From: Candidatus Moraniibacteriota bacterium
Lineage (GTDB): Bacteria > Patescibacteriota > Minisyncoccia > Moranbacterales > UBA1568
Direction: 5' to 3'
Assembly: GCA_028711705.1 (NCBI GenBank)
Contig: JAQTRS010000001.1
Span: forward strand, 98,761 to 162,760
Length of the DNA: 64,000 nucleotides
A model generated the notes under the pieces. It was given only the letters and a program-made list of their open reading frames with translations. It was not told the DNA's origin and searched no databases. The position numbers and the translations under genes are program-made. Shown here piece by piece: positions 10,117 through 19,824 of this stretch (positions within the stretch are counted from its first letter, which is position 1; each line of letters begins with the position of its first letter).

Positions 10117-11088
10117 TTACCCGATGCCGATGGAAATCAAGAATTCGGTCAGAGCTTTGCCGCGGAGTTCCTTGTACTGCCCTGGCTTGAGGAGGCCGAT
10201 GCGCAGGCCCATGATACGGACACGCTTGAGGTCGCGGACTTCATAGCCCAGTGCGGTACACATGCGGCGGATCTGATGCTTCTTGCCTTCGGTGAGGATG
10301 ATCTTGAAGACCTGGTCATCGACGGCCGTCACGATGCAGGGCTTGGTCTTGAAGTCCTCGAGCTGGATTCCCTCGCTCATCCAACGGATGAAGAAGGTGT
10401 TGACCTTTTTGTTGACGCGCACGACGTATTCCTTCTCATGAGCGTACTCCGGATTGAGCACCTTGTCGGTCACGCGTCCGTCATTGGTCATGATCATCAA
10501 TCCATGCGAAGCGCGATCGAGCCTCCCTACCGGGAAAACATCGGCCGGAAGTCCGGAAACATCGCGAATACTCTTTTGTCCGATAGTCGAGGTGTGTGTC
10601 GCGATCTTGGCCTGCTTGTAGTACAGGAAATAGCGATACTTCTTCCACGCCTGCTTGAGTTTGCCATCCACTTCGACAGTATCGGTCTCCTTGACCTTAT
10701 CCCCCACTTTCGCGGTAACGCCATTGATAGTCACGAGCCCTTTCTCGATCAGTCTGTCTGCTTCACGACGGCTTGAGAAATTCTTGATAGCCAAGTGACG
10801 GTTGAGACGCATCGGATAGACAGGCGCCTCGAACACGCTCGGCACCGTTTTCTTTTGCTTCGGGAAATAGCTCGCCTTCAGCTTCGGAGCATATTCCGGT
10901 CGCTCATACGAAGAGGTGATGTCTTTCGAATCGGCATGCTCTTTCACGAAAGCCTTGGAGGATTTTTTGACCGGGTTCATACGCTTATTCCCCTTGCGCT
11001 TCGTAGCCGGACGATACGATGTATCCTCCCGCTTTCCCTTAAATTTTGATTGCGTAGCTTTCATAAGATAAATGTAATAGTAAATCAA
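10117..11088 (-). CDS. Pseudouridine synthase, RsuA/RluB/RluF family (S4 domain plus catalytic domain). The core probably starts at MRLNRHL (ending at 10812); the upstream Lys/Arg-rich extension is of uncertain reality.
   Basis: S4-like N-terminus (MRLNRHLAIKNFSSRREADRLIEKGLVTING) and catalytic GRLDRASHGLMIMTNDG motif. The 92-aa basic N-terminal extension in the long ORF has no homology support. Confidence 0.85.
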   Translation of the reverse strand: MIYYYIYLMKATQSKFKGKREDTSYRPATKRKGNKRMNPVKKSSKAFVKEHADSKDITSSYERPEYAPKLKASYFPKQKKTVPSVFEAPVYPMRLNRHLAIKNFSSRREADRLIEKGLVTINGVTAKVGDKVKETDTVEVDGKLKQAWKKYRYFLYYKQAKIATHTSTIGQKSIRDVSGLPADVFPVGRLDRASHGLMIMTNDGRVTDKVLNPEYAHEKEYVVRVNKKVNTFFIRWMSEGIQLEDFKTKPCIVTAVDDQVFKIILTEGKKHQIRRMCTALGYEVRDLKRVRIMGLRIGLLKPGQYKELRGKALTEFLISIGIG

Positions 11089-11193
11089 GGAAAGAAAAGT
11101 GGGAGCAAGATTTTTTCATGACCGTTTGACGTACTCGGCAAGGTCTTGAAAAAATGCTTGCGAACGCTTTTCGGACTATAGTCAAAGCAAAAG

Positions 11194-12897
11194 CTATTTC
11201 TTCATGGCAACATTCGCCAAGCGACGGACCATGAACTGCGCTTCCTTGGCGAGTCCTGCAGCATATTCCTCATAGTCTCCCATATGCGTGAGTTTGCCGT
11301 CGGAGAGGAGCGAGGTATCGAGTTTCGGGATACGTTCCAAGAAGTAGCGGTCATGCGTCACGAGGATGACGGTACCGGCATATTTCTCCAGGATTTCCTC
11401 GAGCGCTTCGATGGCCTCGATATCCAAATGATTGGTCGGCTCATCCAATACCAAGACATTCACATTCATTTCGGAATAGATCGCCAAGAGCAAGCGGGCC
11501 CGTTCCCCGGGACTGAGTTCCCCGATGGTATCCCGGCTCGCATCCATCGCGCTGATATGGAAGCGGTGCAAAAGGAGAGCGATCTTACTGGTATCATGGA
11601 TGCCCGCCATCTCACCGAACAGCCATTTGATGGTCTGATACTTCGGGAGATTCTCGTGTTCCTGCGCGAAGTTTCCGATACGGAGCAACTCTCCCCGTTC
11701 TACCGTGCCCGAAAGCGGCAAAAGATCTCCGGTGATAGTTTTAAGCAGCGTGGATTTTCCGGATCCGTTGGCACCGACGATACCGATGCGCGATCCGAAC
11801 GGAATCTGCAGCGAAAGCGGTGCGAGTTGGAATTTCCCCTCGTACCCAGCAACCACATCCGTCAGTACGATGCTTTGGTGCTCCTCATCCGGGATAGCGG
11901 TAAAGCAGATCTGCAAAGGCATACGCTCTTCGAGTTTCTCGACACGCTCGATGTTTTCCATGCGAGTGGTGATGGCATTACCGGTAACGCTGAGCTTTTT
12001 GGATCGATCGCGGGCGAAGTTGCGGCCCATCTTGTCGTTGTCTGTCCACGGCTGAATGGCGCCCTTGGCAGCCCAATCGTGTTTTTCTAAAGCGGCAGCC
12101 CGAAGCCGTTTGAGTTCTTCTTGTTGCAAACGGTAGGCCTCACGCAATCGGCGGATTTCAAGCGCCTTGCGATTGGCATAGTCGGTATAGTTTCCCGTAT
12201 GCAAGAAGGCATCGCGCTTGAACCAATCGATTTCCAGTATCTTGGTCACGACGCGATCCAAAAAGCGCCTGTCATGGGATGCGATGATGCAGATAGCCGG
12301 TGAAGCGATCAGAAACTCCTCGAGCCAAATCAAAGCGGGCAAATCGAGGTTATTGGTCGGCTCATCCAAGAAGAGCATATCCACACCCTTAAGCAGGATA
12401 GCCGTGAGGGAAACCTTGGTCTTTTGTCCGCCGCTGAGCTCCGCGACCGGGTGATCGAGCGGTATAGCGTTCAATTGGAACCCATCCAGCACGGCACGGA
12501 TGCGGCGCTCGAAATCATACCCGCCAGCACGCTGATAGAGCTCCGTGATTTCCGTGTACTCTTCAAGAATGGCTTCCTCATCCAAACGTGGCTCGAGCGC
12601 TTTCATCTTGTTCTCGATCTCGATGATACCGGAAACACGACGGACATATTCCTCGACCGTCTCATGAGGGAGCGCATCGACTTCCTGCGACAAATACCCG
12701 ACGCCGATATGGCGCGCGATACTCACCTCTCCCTTATTGGGCTTTTCGATACCGGCCAAAATCTTGAGCAAGGTGGACTTCCCTACCCCGTTGGGTCCGA
12801 CGAGGGCCGCTTTTTGTCCCGGTCCGAGCGCAAAGGTGATACCGGCCAAGATGGTACGGATGCCGTAAATTTTCGATACTTTTTTGACGACGAGCAT
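11194..12897 (-). CDS. ABC-F family ATPase (tandem ABC domains, no TMD; EttA/Uup-like)
   Basis: Two Walker A motifs (GPNGVGKST, GANGSGKST), two LSGGQ-type signatures (LSGGQKTKV, LSPGERARL) and an inter-domain linker. Confidence 0.9.
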   Translation of the reverse strand: MLVVKKVSKIYGIRTILAGITFALGPGQKAALVGPNGVGKSTLLKILAGIEKPNKGEVSIARHIGVGYLSQEVDALPHETVEEYVRRVSGIIEIENKMKALEPRLDEEAILEEYTEITELYQRAGGYDFERRIRAVLDGFQLNAIPLDHPVAELSGGQKTKVSLTAILLKGVDMLFLDEPTNNLDLPALIWLEEFLIASPAICIIASHDRRFLDRVVTKILEIDWFKRDAFLHTGNYTDYANRKALEIRRLREAYRLQQEELKRLRAAALEKHDWAAKGAIQPWTDNDKMGRNFARDRSKKLSVTGNAITTRMENIERVEKLEERMPLQICFTAIPDEEHQSIVLTDVVAGYEGKFQLAPLSLQIPFGSRIGIVGANGSGKSTLLKTITGDLLPLSGTVERGELLRIGNFAQEHENLPKYQTIKWLFGEMAGIHDTSKIALLLHRFHISAMDASRDTIGELSPGERARLLLAIYSEMNVNVLVLDEPTNHLDIEAIEALEEILEKYAGTVILVTHDRYFLERIPKLDTSLLSDGKLTHMGDYEEYAAGLAKEAQFMVRRLANVAMKK

Positions 12898-13061
12898 ATA
12901 CGTTTGTTTAGGCTGTTATCGCAACAGTGCTGATTAATATCTATGAATACTCATTATGCCTTATTTCTCCAAAAAAAGCAAGGGTATCGCCTATCGATAC
13001 CCTTGCCTGCTCTGAGATGTGCAATTTGTGGCTTGTGCTAAGGGATATACAGGTATCGATT

Positions 13062-14954
13062 TTAGACGTCCATCGCTTTGAGGATGCGGTCGAGCTTGGC
13101 GGTGGCCACGCCCACGACGCTGTCGCCTCCTCCATAGTAGAGGTATATCGTGCCGCCCCGGTTCACGACGCCGCAGGGGAAAACCACTTCATTCACCTGG
13201 CCGTTCTTTTCGTACTCGGTTTCCGGTTCGAAGATGGCATCGGTTGTCCTGGCAAGCAATATGGTCGGGTCTTTCAGCTGCAAGAGCACGGCTCCTACGC
13301 GATAGGTGCTGCTGGCTGACACGCCATGATAAAAGAGGAGCCACCCCTTCTTAGTTTTGATCGGCGGTGCGGCGATACCGACCTTGGCACCGTCCCACAT
13401 GCCGATGCGCGGTCCGATGATCGGCGTGAAGCTTTCCACCTTATCGACGGCGAAATCTAAGGACCTGATCGGATCGAGGCAGATATGGTTATGCGCCCGA
13501 TGGAAAACCAGATAATGCCCGTGTATTTTCTCCGGAAACAGACAGGCGTCCTTATTATCGATGCCGACCGGGGTCACCAGTGCCGGCTGTGTCCACTTCC
13601 AATCCTGCTTGAGGAAATCCTTGGTGGCGATGCTTGAGGCCGCGACCACCGGAGGATTCACGCCGTCATAGGCGGTATAGAACATATGCAGCTTGTCTTC
13701 GAGTTCCGTGATGCGGGGGTCTTCGCAACCGGAATTTCCCGGGTGCGTCTTCCCTTCGAATGCCTGCCGCGGCCCGTATATCGGCTGATCGAACCGTTCA
13801 GTGATATCCTTCCCGTTCTTGGAGGTCGCATAGCCCATCACCGATGTATCATCCATCCCCATCGCGCGGTAGATAATGTGGACCTTGCCCTTCAGATCGA
13901 TGGCGGCCGGATTGAAGACCGCCTTATTTTCCCAGGTGTTCTCTGTAAGCGGCTTGAGAATAGGGTTATCGTGATGACGCACGAATACCGGTTCTTTCTT
14001 GATGCTATACAAGAGGTCTTCCAGATCGACGCTCGCCCGGCAGCCCGTTGTGTCCGTCGCGCCATAGTAGATGAAAAGTTTCTTGCCGGCAACGAAAGCC
14101 CCTGACGGGAAAATGACATTGGGCACCTGCCCGAATTCCTCATAGGTCTCTTCCGGAACCAAAAGCGGCCCGGAGGTGCGCGCGATGATTTTTGAGGGAT
14201 CTTTCAGATCCAAAAGCAGAGCCTCGATGCCGAAGATCTTGTGATCGCTGAAATAATTTTGGATATGCGAATACACGAGCAGCCAGCCGTCCTTGGTCTT
14301 GATAGGTGCGGCCCCGATTTCCACATGATCGCTCTCGCTCCTGCGCAGATCGATACGATGGTCATTAATGTTATCGTGCCACGTCTTCCAGTAGCGCTCC
14401 GACCACATCTCCTCGAGAGTATCGAAGTAAGCCAGCGCCGTGATGACCGGCGGGCTATCTGTGTGCGCACTCAGCATGGCCACATACTTCCCGTTGATCT
14501 TCTCGGGGAAGAGCGTCATCGCTTTGGCATTGAACGGCGTGACCAGGTGGCGCTCCTCTATCCTTTTGAAGTTCTTGGTCAGGGCCACGGCGATCTTGAT
14601 GCCATCGGCGCCGAACGGAAATGTCGAGAGCGCGGTATAGAAAATATAGTAGGTATCGTTGATCTTCGTGACCCTGGGATCTTCGCAGCCGAATTTCTCC
14701 CACTCGAATACGGGCGCGATAAGCTGCTTGCGTTTTTCGAAGTGATGACCATCCGCGCTTTCCGTATAGCCGATGGACGAGATGCGCAGTTCCTGCTTGT
14801 GCACATACTTCACATCCGACACCGCCCGATACACGGAATGCACCTTGTCCTTATCCTGTATAGGGCACCAGTTGAAGGCGCCGAAGGATTCCCAAGCATG
14901 ATCGGATATCGGTTTCAGCAACGGATTGTGAGTGGATCTTCGTATGACGAGCAT
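13062..14954 (-). CDS. Glycoside hydrolase family 130 protein with two tandem GH130 beta-propeller modules (beta-mannoside phosphorylase/hydrolase-like)
   Basis: The motif N-P-[IL]-[IL]-K-P...W-E...F-N-P...YRA occurs twice (HNPLLKPISDHAWESFGAFNWC...YRAVSD and HDNPILKPLTENTWENKAVFNPAA...YRAMG), along with CEDPRVT/CEDPRIT motifs. Confidence 0.8.
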   Translation of the reverse strand: MLVIRRSTHNPLLKPISDHAWESFGAFNWCPIQDKDKVHSVYRAVSDVKYVHKQELRISSIGYTESADGHHFEKRKQLIAPVFEWEKFGCEDPRVTKINDTYYIFYTALSTFPFGADGIKIAVALTKNFKRIEERHLVTPFNAKAMTLFPEKINGKYVAMLSAHTDSPPVITALAYFDTLEEMWSERYWKTWHDNINDHRIDLRRSESDHVEIGAAPIKTKDGWLLVYSHIQNYFSDHKIFGIEALLLDLKDPSKIIARTSGPLLVPEETYEEFGQVPNVIFPSGAFVAGKKLFIYYGATDTTGCRASVDLEDLLYSIKKEPVFVRHHDNPILKPLTENTWENKAVFNPAAIDLKGKVHIIYRAMGMDDTSVMGYATSKNGKDITERFDQPIYGPRQAFEGKTHPGNSGCEDPRITELEDKLHMFYTAYDGVNPPVVAASSIATKDFLKQDWKWTQPALVTPVGIDNKDACLFPEKIHGHYLVFHRAHNHICLDPIRSLDFAVDKVESFTPIIGPRIGMWDGAKVGIAAPPIKTKKGWLLFYHGVSASSTYRVGAVLLQLKDPTILLARTTDAIFEPETEYEKNGQVNEVVFPCGVVNRGGTIYLYYGGGDSVVGVATAKLDRILKAMDV

Positions 14955-14958
14955 AGGT

Positions 14959-16812
14959 TTATTTCTGTTTTGGCTTATTAATCTTTTTGGGCGGAGACGG
15001 CTTATTGGTCTTGTATTCGATCTGCTTGGTCAGATCCCCTAAGAATTCATCGATATTCTCCGTCGCGACACACACCACGCTATCCGCTCCCCCGTAATAC
15101 ACGAACAATGTATCTTCCTTGATAACCGCGCCGCACACATAAACCACTCCGGATTTGGCACCGTGATTCTCATAGGCAGCCGACGGCTCCAGGATCGGAT
15201 AGGTGCAGCGGTGCAGGATCTTCGCGGGGTTATGATGATCCAAAATCATCGCGCCCACCTTGTATCTGTTCGGATCACGCTTGTCCATCGCATGATAGAG
15301 CACCAGCCAACCATACTTCGTCATAAGCGGCGGCGCTCCGGCACCGCGTACGATATTGTCCCAACGGTGCTCGTCCACCCCCGGCATCTTCATGCTCTCG
15401 ATCACCAATTTCTCATCATCGAGGCTGTCGATATATTCGATAGAGATCTTCGGCGTGATGCTATGCAAAACAGCATATCTCCCATTGATCTTTTCCGGGA
15501 AAATCATCCAGTTTTTCTGTATCTCACCGGGCTTGGAAATGAGGACCGGCTTTTTCCATTTCCAATTCTTCTTCAGAAAATCCTTCACGCCAATGGATGT
15601 TAGCGCGACACCCGGCGCATGATGCCCGTCGAACAGGACATAGGTCATATAGATGCGGTTGCCGATATGCGTCAGGCGCGGATCCTCGCAGCCCGCCCAG
15701 CTGCCGCCGGAAACATAGGAAGATGCGGGCAGGGTGTTCCGCTGTGCCCCCTCGAACGGATGCACCAGGGTGAATACCGGCCGATCCAACCGTTCGCTTA
15801 TAGTGAAGCCGTCTTCCGACGAAGCGTATCCCAATACCGACATCCCGTTTTCACCGATAGCGCGATACAGAAGGTGGATCTTGCCATCAAGGTGCAGGGC
15901 AGCCGGATTGAATGTCGCCTCCTTTTCCCAGACACTGTCGAGTTTCGGCTCGATGATCGGATTCTTGTGGTGGCGTTTCAGCTGTCTGATCACCTTGGCG
16001 CGCACCAATCCGGACGAAACGAGATTGATGCTCTTGGCGATCACTTCACCCTCGGCAGACACCCAGTATATATGCAAGGCATGCTCGATAATGACCGCGC
16101 CCAAGAACCGCTCGGGATAGTCTTTCTTTCCGATGACCTCTTCCCAGATCGGCGCATCCGACCTCCACAACGGCGGCATATACGGTTTGTCCAACGAGAA
16201 CAGCGCGGCGCCCACCTTCACCGTGCGCGTCGCCTTCTTGCTTTTCGACTCATATAGCACCAAGATACCCTGATCGATAAGGAGCGTGCCGATAACCCTA
16301 AGCGCCCCGTCATCGAAATGGCCTTTTCGCGGCGACAGCAGCTCGCCCGACGTATGCCACGACACAAGGTCGCTTGAGGCGGTGACGGCGATGGACCTGT
16401 CGCCGTAGTAGGAAAGGAATCTTTTCTTATGCTTGTAGCTTGAAATGATGCAGGCGGCATTCGAAGGAAGATCGACATCCTTCTTTATCACCTCGAAGCG
16501 CCGCATATCCTCCGACTGCGCGATCATCATATACCCCCTTCCGCGCACCGTGTGAACATAGGCCAGATAGTACACGCCTCCATATGCAAAAAAAGAACGT
16601 ACATCGCAGTTCTTCAGGGCAACGCTTCTTTTCCCGGAGACGATTTCGATCTCGGACGCCTTCGAAAAATCCAGTCCGTCATGGCTTTGGGCGATGAAGA
16701 TGCGTGTCTTCGTCCCTTCCGTCAAACCATACAAATACACGGCTTTCTTGTCGTGCGCGGTGAGCGTGAAAGGATGTGATATGGCATCGTTTTTCGTTAT
16801 CGCCCTAGTCAT
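14959..16812 (-). CDS. GH130 family protein: divergent N-terminal propeller plus a canonical C-terminal GH130 module
   Basis: The C-terminal half has HKNPIIEPKLDSVWEKEATFNPAALHLDGKIHLLYRAIG and CEDPRLT; the N-terminal 270 aa are weaker but beta-propeller-like. Confidence 0.75.
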   Translation of the reverse strand: MTRAITKNDAISHPFTLTAHDKKAVYLYGLTEGTKTRIFIAQSHDGLDFSKASEIEIVSGKRSVALKNCDVRSFFAYGGVYYLAYVHTVRGRGYMMIAQSEDMRRFEVIKKDVDLPSNAACIISSYKHKKRFLSYYGDRSIAVTASSDLVSWHTSGELLSPRKGHFDDGALRVIGTLLIDQGILVLYESKSKKATRTVKVGAALFSLDKPYMPPLWRSDAPIWEEVIGKKDYPERFLGAVIIEHALHIYWVSAEGEVIAKSINLVSSGLVRAKVIRQLKRHHKNPIIEPKLDSVWEKEATFNPAALHLDGKIHLLYRAIGENGMSVLGYASSEDGFTISERLDRPVFTLVHPFEGAQRNTLPASSYVSGGSWAGCEDPRLTHIGNRIYMTYVLFDGHHAPGVALTSIGVKDFLKKNWKWKKPVLISKPGEIQKNWMIFPEKINGRYAVLHSITPKISIEYIDSLDDEKLVIESMKMPGVDEHRWDNIVRGAGAPPLMTKYGWLVLYHAMDKRDPNRYKVGAMILDHHNPAKILHRCTYPILEPSAAYENHGAKSGVVYVCGAVIKEDTLFVYYGGADSVVCVATENIDEFLGDLTKQIEYKTNKPSPPKKINKPKQK

Positions 16813-16830
16813 TTCTTTTGTTTTACGATA

Positions 16831-17181
16831 TTAGGAAACGCGGCCATATGCATCGTCCAGCCTGACGATATCGTTTTCGTCGAAATCCCCGAAGGCGATC
16901 TCGAGCACCTCCGCGCTATCATCCGGCGCCCCTATCCGATGAATGGTCTGTGCTGGCACAAAAAACTCATCCCCTTGTTTGGCCTGTATGGTCGTCTCAC
17001 CGATAGTGATGCTCGGATGACCCGAAAGCACCCTCCAGAACTCGCTGCGCTTACGGTGCAGCTGCAGACTCAGACGATGCCCGGCGCCCACGCTCAAAAT
17101 CTTTACGGTCGTGGCTTCATTGTCAGTAAACTGGCGAAACGATCCCCACGGACGCTCATCATTTTTGATATCCATGTTCAT
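16831..17181 (-). CDS. Cupin-domain protein, mannose-6-phosphate isomerase type II C-terminal-like
   Basis: ERPWGSF...HRLSLQLHRKRSEFWRVLSG...IHRI resembles the cupin of PMI/GMP (ManC C-terminal domain). Confidence 0.7.
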   Translation of the reverse strand: MNMDIKNDERPWGSFRQFTDNEATTVKILSVGAGHRLSLQLHRKRSEFWRVLSGHPSITIGETTIQAKQGDEFFVPAQTIHRIGAPDDSAEVLEIAFGDFDENDIVRLDDAYGRVS

Positions 17182-17440
17182 AGCTTAAGACTGGAAATGC
17201 ACCCCCTCGTATACCTCTATTAAAGCCTCTTGGGAGCAGTCCGTCAAGCCGCTACATTTACCGCATCATTTCCGCGAACTTCCGGATGGTGTTGACGTTC
17301 CGGGCCGTCATATTCTTGTATACGGCCGTCCCAATAAACTTTTTCATACCACTGTTAGACTAACGCTCCCGCACAACAAAATACAAGGCTTATGAGAGCC
17401 TTGTATTTAATGTTGGCAATGTGGGACAGTTTTTAAACCA

Positions 17441-17683
17441 CTCACGCAAGCAAATGTATCTTCTCGAGAATCTTCTTGAAACGCGGGTGGGGATAATGCA
17501 TAAGTTCATCAATTGATAACCAGATATAACCGCTCACCTCTTCTTCTTGAATCGTAATAACACTATCATCAGCAATGCATGCGAAACAGAAGTCGTAATG
17601 CTTGTGTTCGGGTTCGCCTTTCTTCGGGTTATGCGGGATAGTATGGATGTCGATATCAATAGGAACACCCGCATGAGATAAAA
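17441..17683 (-). pseudogene. Start-less C-terminal fragment of a Nudix-like hydrolase (remnant)
   Basis: The minus-strand frame reads VTILSHAGVPIDIDIHTIPHNPKKGEPEHKHYDFCFACIADDSVITIQEEEVSGYIWLSIDELMHYPHPRFKKILEKIHLLA, bounded upstream by a stop. No start codon or Nudix box; an AT-rich context. Confidence 0.3.
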
Positions 17684-17738
17684 TTGTAACTTATTTAGCC
17701 TGTTCTGCGCCTATTATAGCATATTCAAATTTTGGGTA

Positions 17739-17776
17739 TTTTAAAACGGCAAGGTAAATACTATTACCTTGCCGTC
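17739..17776 (-). terminator. Rho-independent terminator downstream of the 17832..18563 gene
   Basis: A perfect 12-bp stem (acggcaaggtaa / ttaccttgccgt), followed on the minus strand by a T-run. Confidence 0.6.
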
Positions 17777-17831
17777 TTATCTCTTGCTGTGTCTAATTTT
17801 TTAACCTCTTTCTAAGTAACCATTCAAATTG

Positions 17832-18563
17832 CTATCCCTGCTTTTCTTGTAAAGCTACTGCCATCACCTGAATGACTTTGCTTTTTGCGAGTCCGTTATC
17901 AACAATAGATTGGAGTTTTGCAAAGGTTTCATTTACAAGCAAATGCGGAGCTTCATCTCCATCAAATATAATTAAATGATGATTTATACTGCCATAAGCT
18001 GCCTTAACCTCTTTCTTAACAAGCTCAGCCTGAGTTGAACAAGGGCAATACCCTGTAGTGAAGCCCCCTTTATCAAGACCTCTCCAATTCCCGCTAGCTC
18101 TCACTGGTCTCACATCAAAATTGAGTATTTTGAAAACATCTCCTTCAAAGCAATTTTGAAACCACGGGCACAATGACTCTTCCAACCACTTATTCACTAC
18201 CTCTTGAAGGAATCCAGCAACCACCTCAACTTGCTTTTTGTTGTACGAAAATGGATAAGTCATGCCAGAAACCTCAATATTTTCTACAAACTTTTCCATT
18301 TTTGAAAACGCTACCGCATCACAATTGTTGCCGGCGCTCTTCAAAAAAACATACTGGGGACTCGCACCCGCAGACATCGCAACCATCGGAACATCGAAGG
18401 ATAAAAGAACTGTGCTTTCAGCCAAAAGATTATTGTTCGGACAATACCTAAAAGTGTCCAAATCGCAACTTTTAGCAAACTCACTTTTGCGATCTAACAG
18501 CACTTTTACAAAGAAAAGGGCGAAAAAAGTTTTTTTACCAACAGCTATGTCAATTGGTATCAT
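17832..18563 (-). CDS. Hypothetical Cys-rich protein (AT-rich, probably acquired)
   Basis: 243-aa ORF with motifs CDLDTFRYCP, CPWFQNC and GYCPCS; no recognisable family. Its GC content is clearly lower than the flanking sequence. Confidence 0.55.
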   Translation of the reverse strand: MIPIDIAVGKKTFFALFFVKVLLDRKSEFAKSCDLDTFRYCPNNNLLAESTVLLSFDVPMVAMSAGASPQYVFLKSAGNNCDAVAFSKMEKFVENIEVSGMTYPFSYNKKQVEVVAGFLQEVVNKWLEESLCPWFQNCFEGDVFKILNFDVRPVRASGNWRGLDKGGFTTGYCPCSTQAELVKKEVKAAYGSINHHLIIFDGDEAPHLLVNETFAKLQSIVDNGLAKSKVIQVMAVALQEKQG

Positions 18564-18731
18564 TGTTGCTCTCCAAAGTTATTTATGAAATTATGAGCTT
18601 CACGCTCACAATATTTTTAATGTGCTTCACGCACGTCGCCAATTCAATAAAGATCGCTCTTTTTGAACTGATTACGCAATATACGCCTATTTTTAACTTT
18701 TGTCAAGATGAATTCTGTTTTCATTCAATGT

Positions 18732-18802
18732 TGGGGAAGAGGGATTCGAACCCCCGATCATAGGACCAGAACCTATTGCCTTACCGCTTGGCTATTCCCC
18801 AG
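18732..18802 (-). tRNA. tRNA-Gln (anticodon CUG)
   Basis: The reverse complement folds as a cloverleaf: acceptor TGGGGAA/TTCCCCA, D-arm GCC-AAGCGGTAA-GGC, anticodon arm ATAGG-TTCTGGT-CCTAT and T-arm GGGGG-TTCGAAT-CCCTC. Close to E. coli tRNA-Gln; CCA is not encoded. Confidence 0.85.
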
Positions 18803-18884
18803 TGATGGCTGCGTATATAAAAGCGAGACCGAAATCTCACTTTTATATACTAGCAAAAATCATAAAAAATGCAAGCGTCCTGCT

Positions 18885-19796
18885 TTAGACCTTCAAATAC
18901 TTTCGTACGGCCACGAATCCGCCCAAAATGCCCAAGAGTATGCCCAATCCCGTGATAGAGAGCGCTATCTTGAAGAAATGGCTGGAATAGTACTGGAAGA
19001 GCGTCCCATCGGCGATGACCCCTTCGGTCAGCGGCGTCATCAGTCGGATGGACACGAAAACGAGGGCAATCGTCACGAGAGCCGCCGTCACCCCGTAGAA
19101 AATACCCTCGAATACCGACGGCATGCGGACATAGGTATTGGAAGCCCCTACGAGGCGCATAATCTCGAATTCATTCCTTCGGGAGTGCATGTTGATGCGG
19201 ATAGTATTGAACGTGATGAGGAACGAGATGGAAATGAAGACGATGCCCAGTACCAGGCCGACCTTTCGTGTCATCTTGTTGATGTTGTCCAAACGCTCGA
19301 TGGCGGTCCTGTTCTTCTCATAGTTGATGCGGCTGATGTCTTCCTTGAACGCGGACTGATTGAGCGCCTGCGCGATGATATCGTATTGCTCCGGGCTGTG
19401 CGCCTTGATATTGAGCGATGCCAAGAGCGGGTTTTCGCCGATTTCCTCGAGGGCCTGCGTGATGACCGGATCATTGCCGCCCATGGAGATGAAATCCGAA
19501 AGGGCCTGGTCGCGGGAAATATATTTCACGGCCGCCACTTCCTTATATTTCTCCAGGCTCTGCTTGATGGAGAGGATGGACTCCTCGGGGACTTCCGGAT
19601 TGAATGAGACGCTGATATTGATCTTGTCCCGCAGGCTGTCCAGGATAAGGCCGGTGGTGACGCCCAGGATCATCGTCATGCTCACGATAAACAAAGACAA
19701 TGTCATGACGACGACCGTTGCCACTGTGAGCCATCCGTTACGCGTGTAGTTTCGGGCGCCTTCCTGAAATGTTCTCCACAACTTAAGTCCTTTCAT
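18885..19796 (-). CDS. ftsX: Cell-division ABC transporter permease FtsX
   Basis: Four TM helices, a large extracellular loop and a C-terminal FtsX-like permease domain, directly downstream of ftsE. Confidence 0.85.
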   Translation of the reverse strand: MKGLKLWRTFQEGARNYTRNGWLTVATVVVMTLSLFIVSMTMILGVTTGLILDSLRDKINISVSFNPEVPEESILSIKQSLEKYKEVAAVKYISRDQALSDFISMGGNDPVITQALEEIGENPLLASLNIKAHSPEQYDIIAQALNQSAFKEDISRINYEKNRTAIERLDNINKMTRKVGLVLGIVFISISFLITFNTIRINMHSRRNEFEIMRLVGASNTYVRMPSVFEGIFYGVTAALVTIALVFVSIRLMTPLTEGVIADGTLFQYYSSHFFKIALSITGLGILLGILGGFVAVRKYLKV

Positions 19797-19824
19797 ATGA
19801 TAAAGCTTTATGTATGAGTAAATG

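Noticed and set aside
10099-10776. 225-aa + strand ORF
   Set aside because: Antisense to the pseudouridine synthase CDS; acidic, low-complexity translation with no motifs and no independent signals.
11284-12090. 268-aa + strand ORF (and 11705..12055, 12424..12933)
   Set aside because: Antisense shadows of the ABC-F ATPase gene.
14241-14981. 246-aa + strand ORF (also 13686..14105, 15163..15603, 15619..16257)
   Set aside because: Antisense to the GH130 genes, whose minus-strand frames carry clear family motifs.
17270-17360. 29-aa minus-strand mini-ORF MKKFIGTAVYKNMTARNVNTIRKFAEMMR with faint transposase-like wording
   Set aside because: Too short, no family-level motif, no RBS. Could be chance.
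18708-19607. 299-aa + strand ORF and 19822..20535 (237 aa)
   Set aside because: Antisense to ftsX and ftsE; the minus-strand frames have Walker and signature motifs and FtsX topology.
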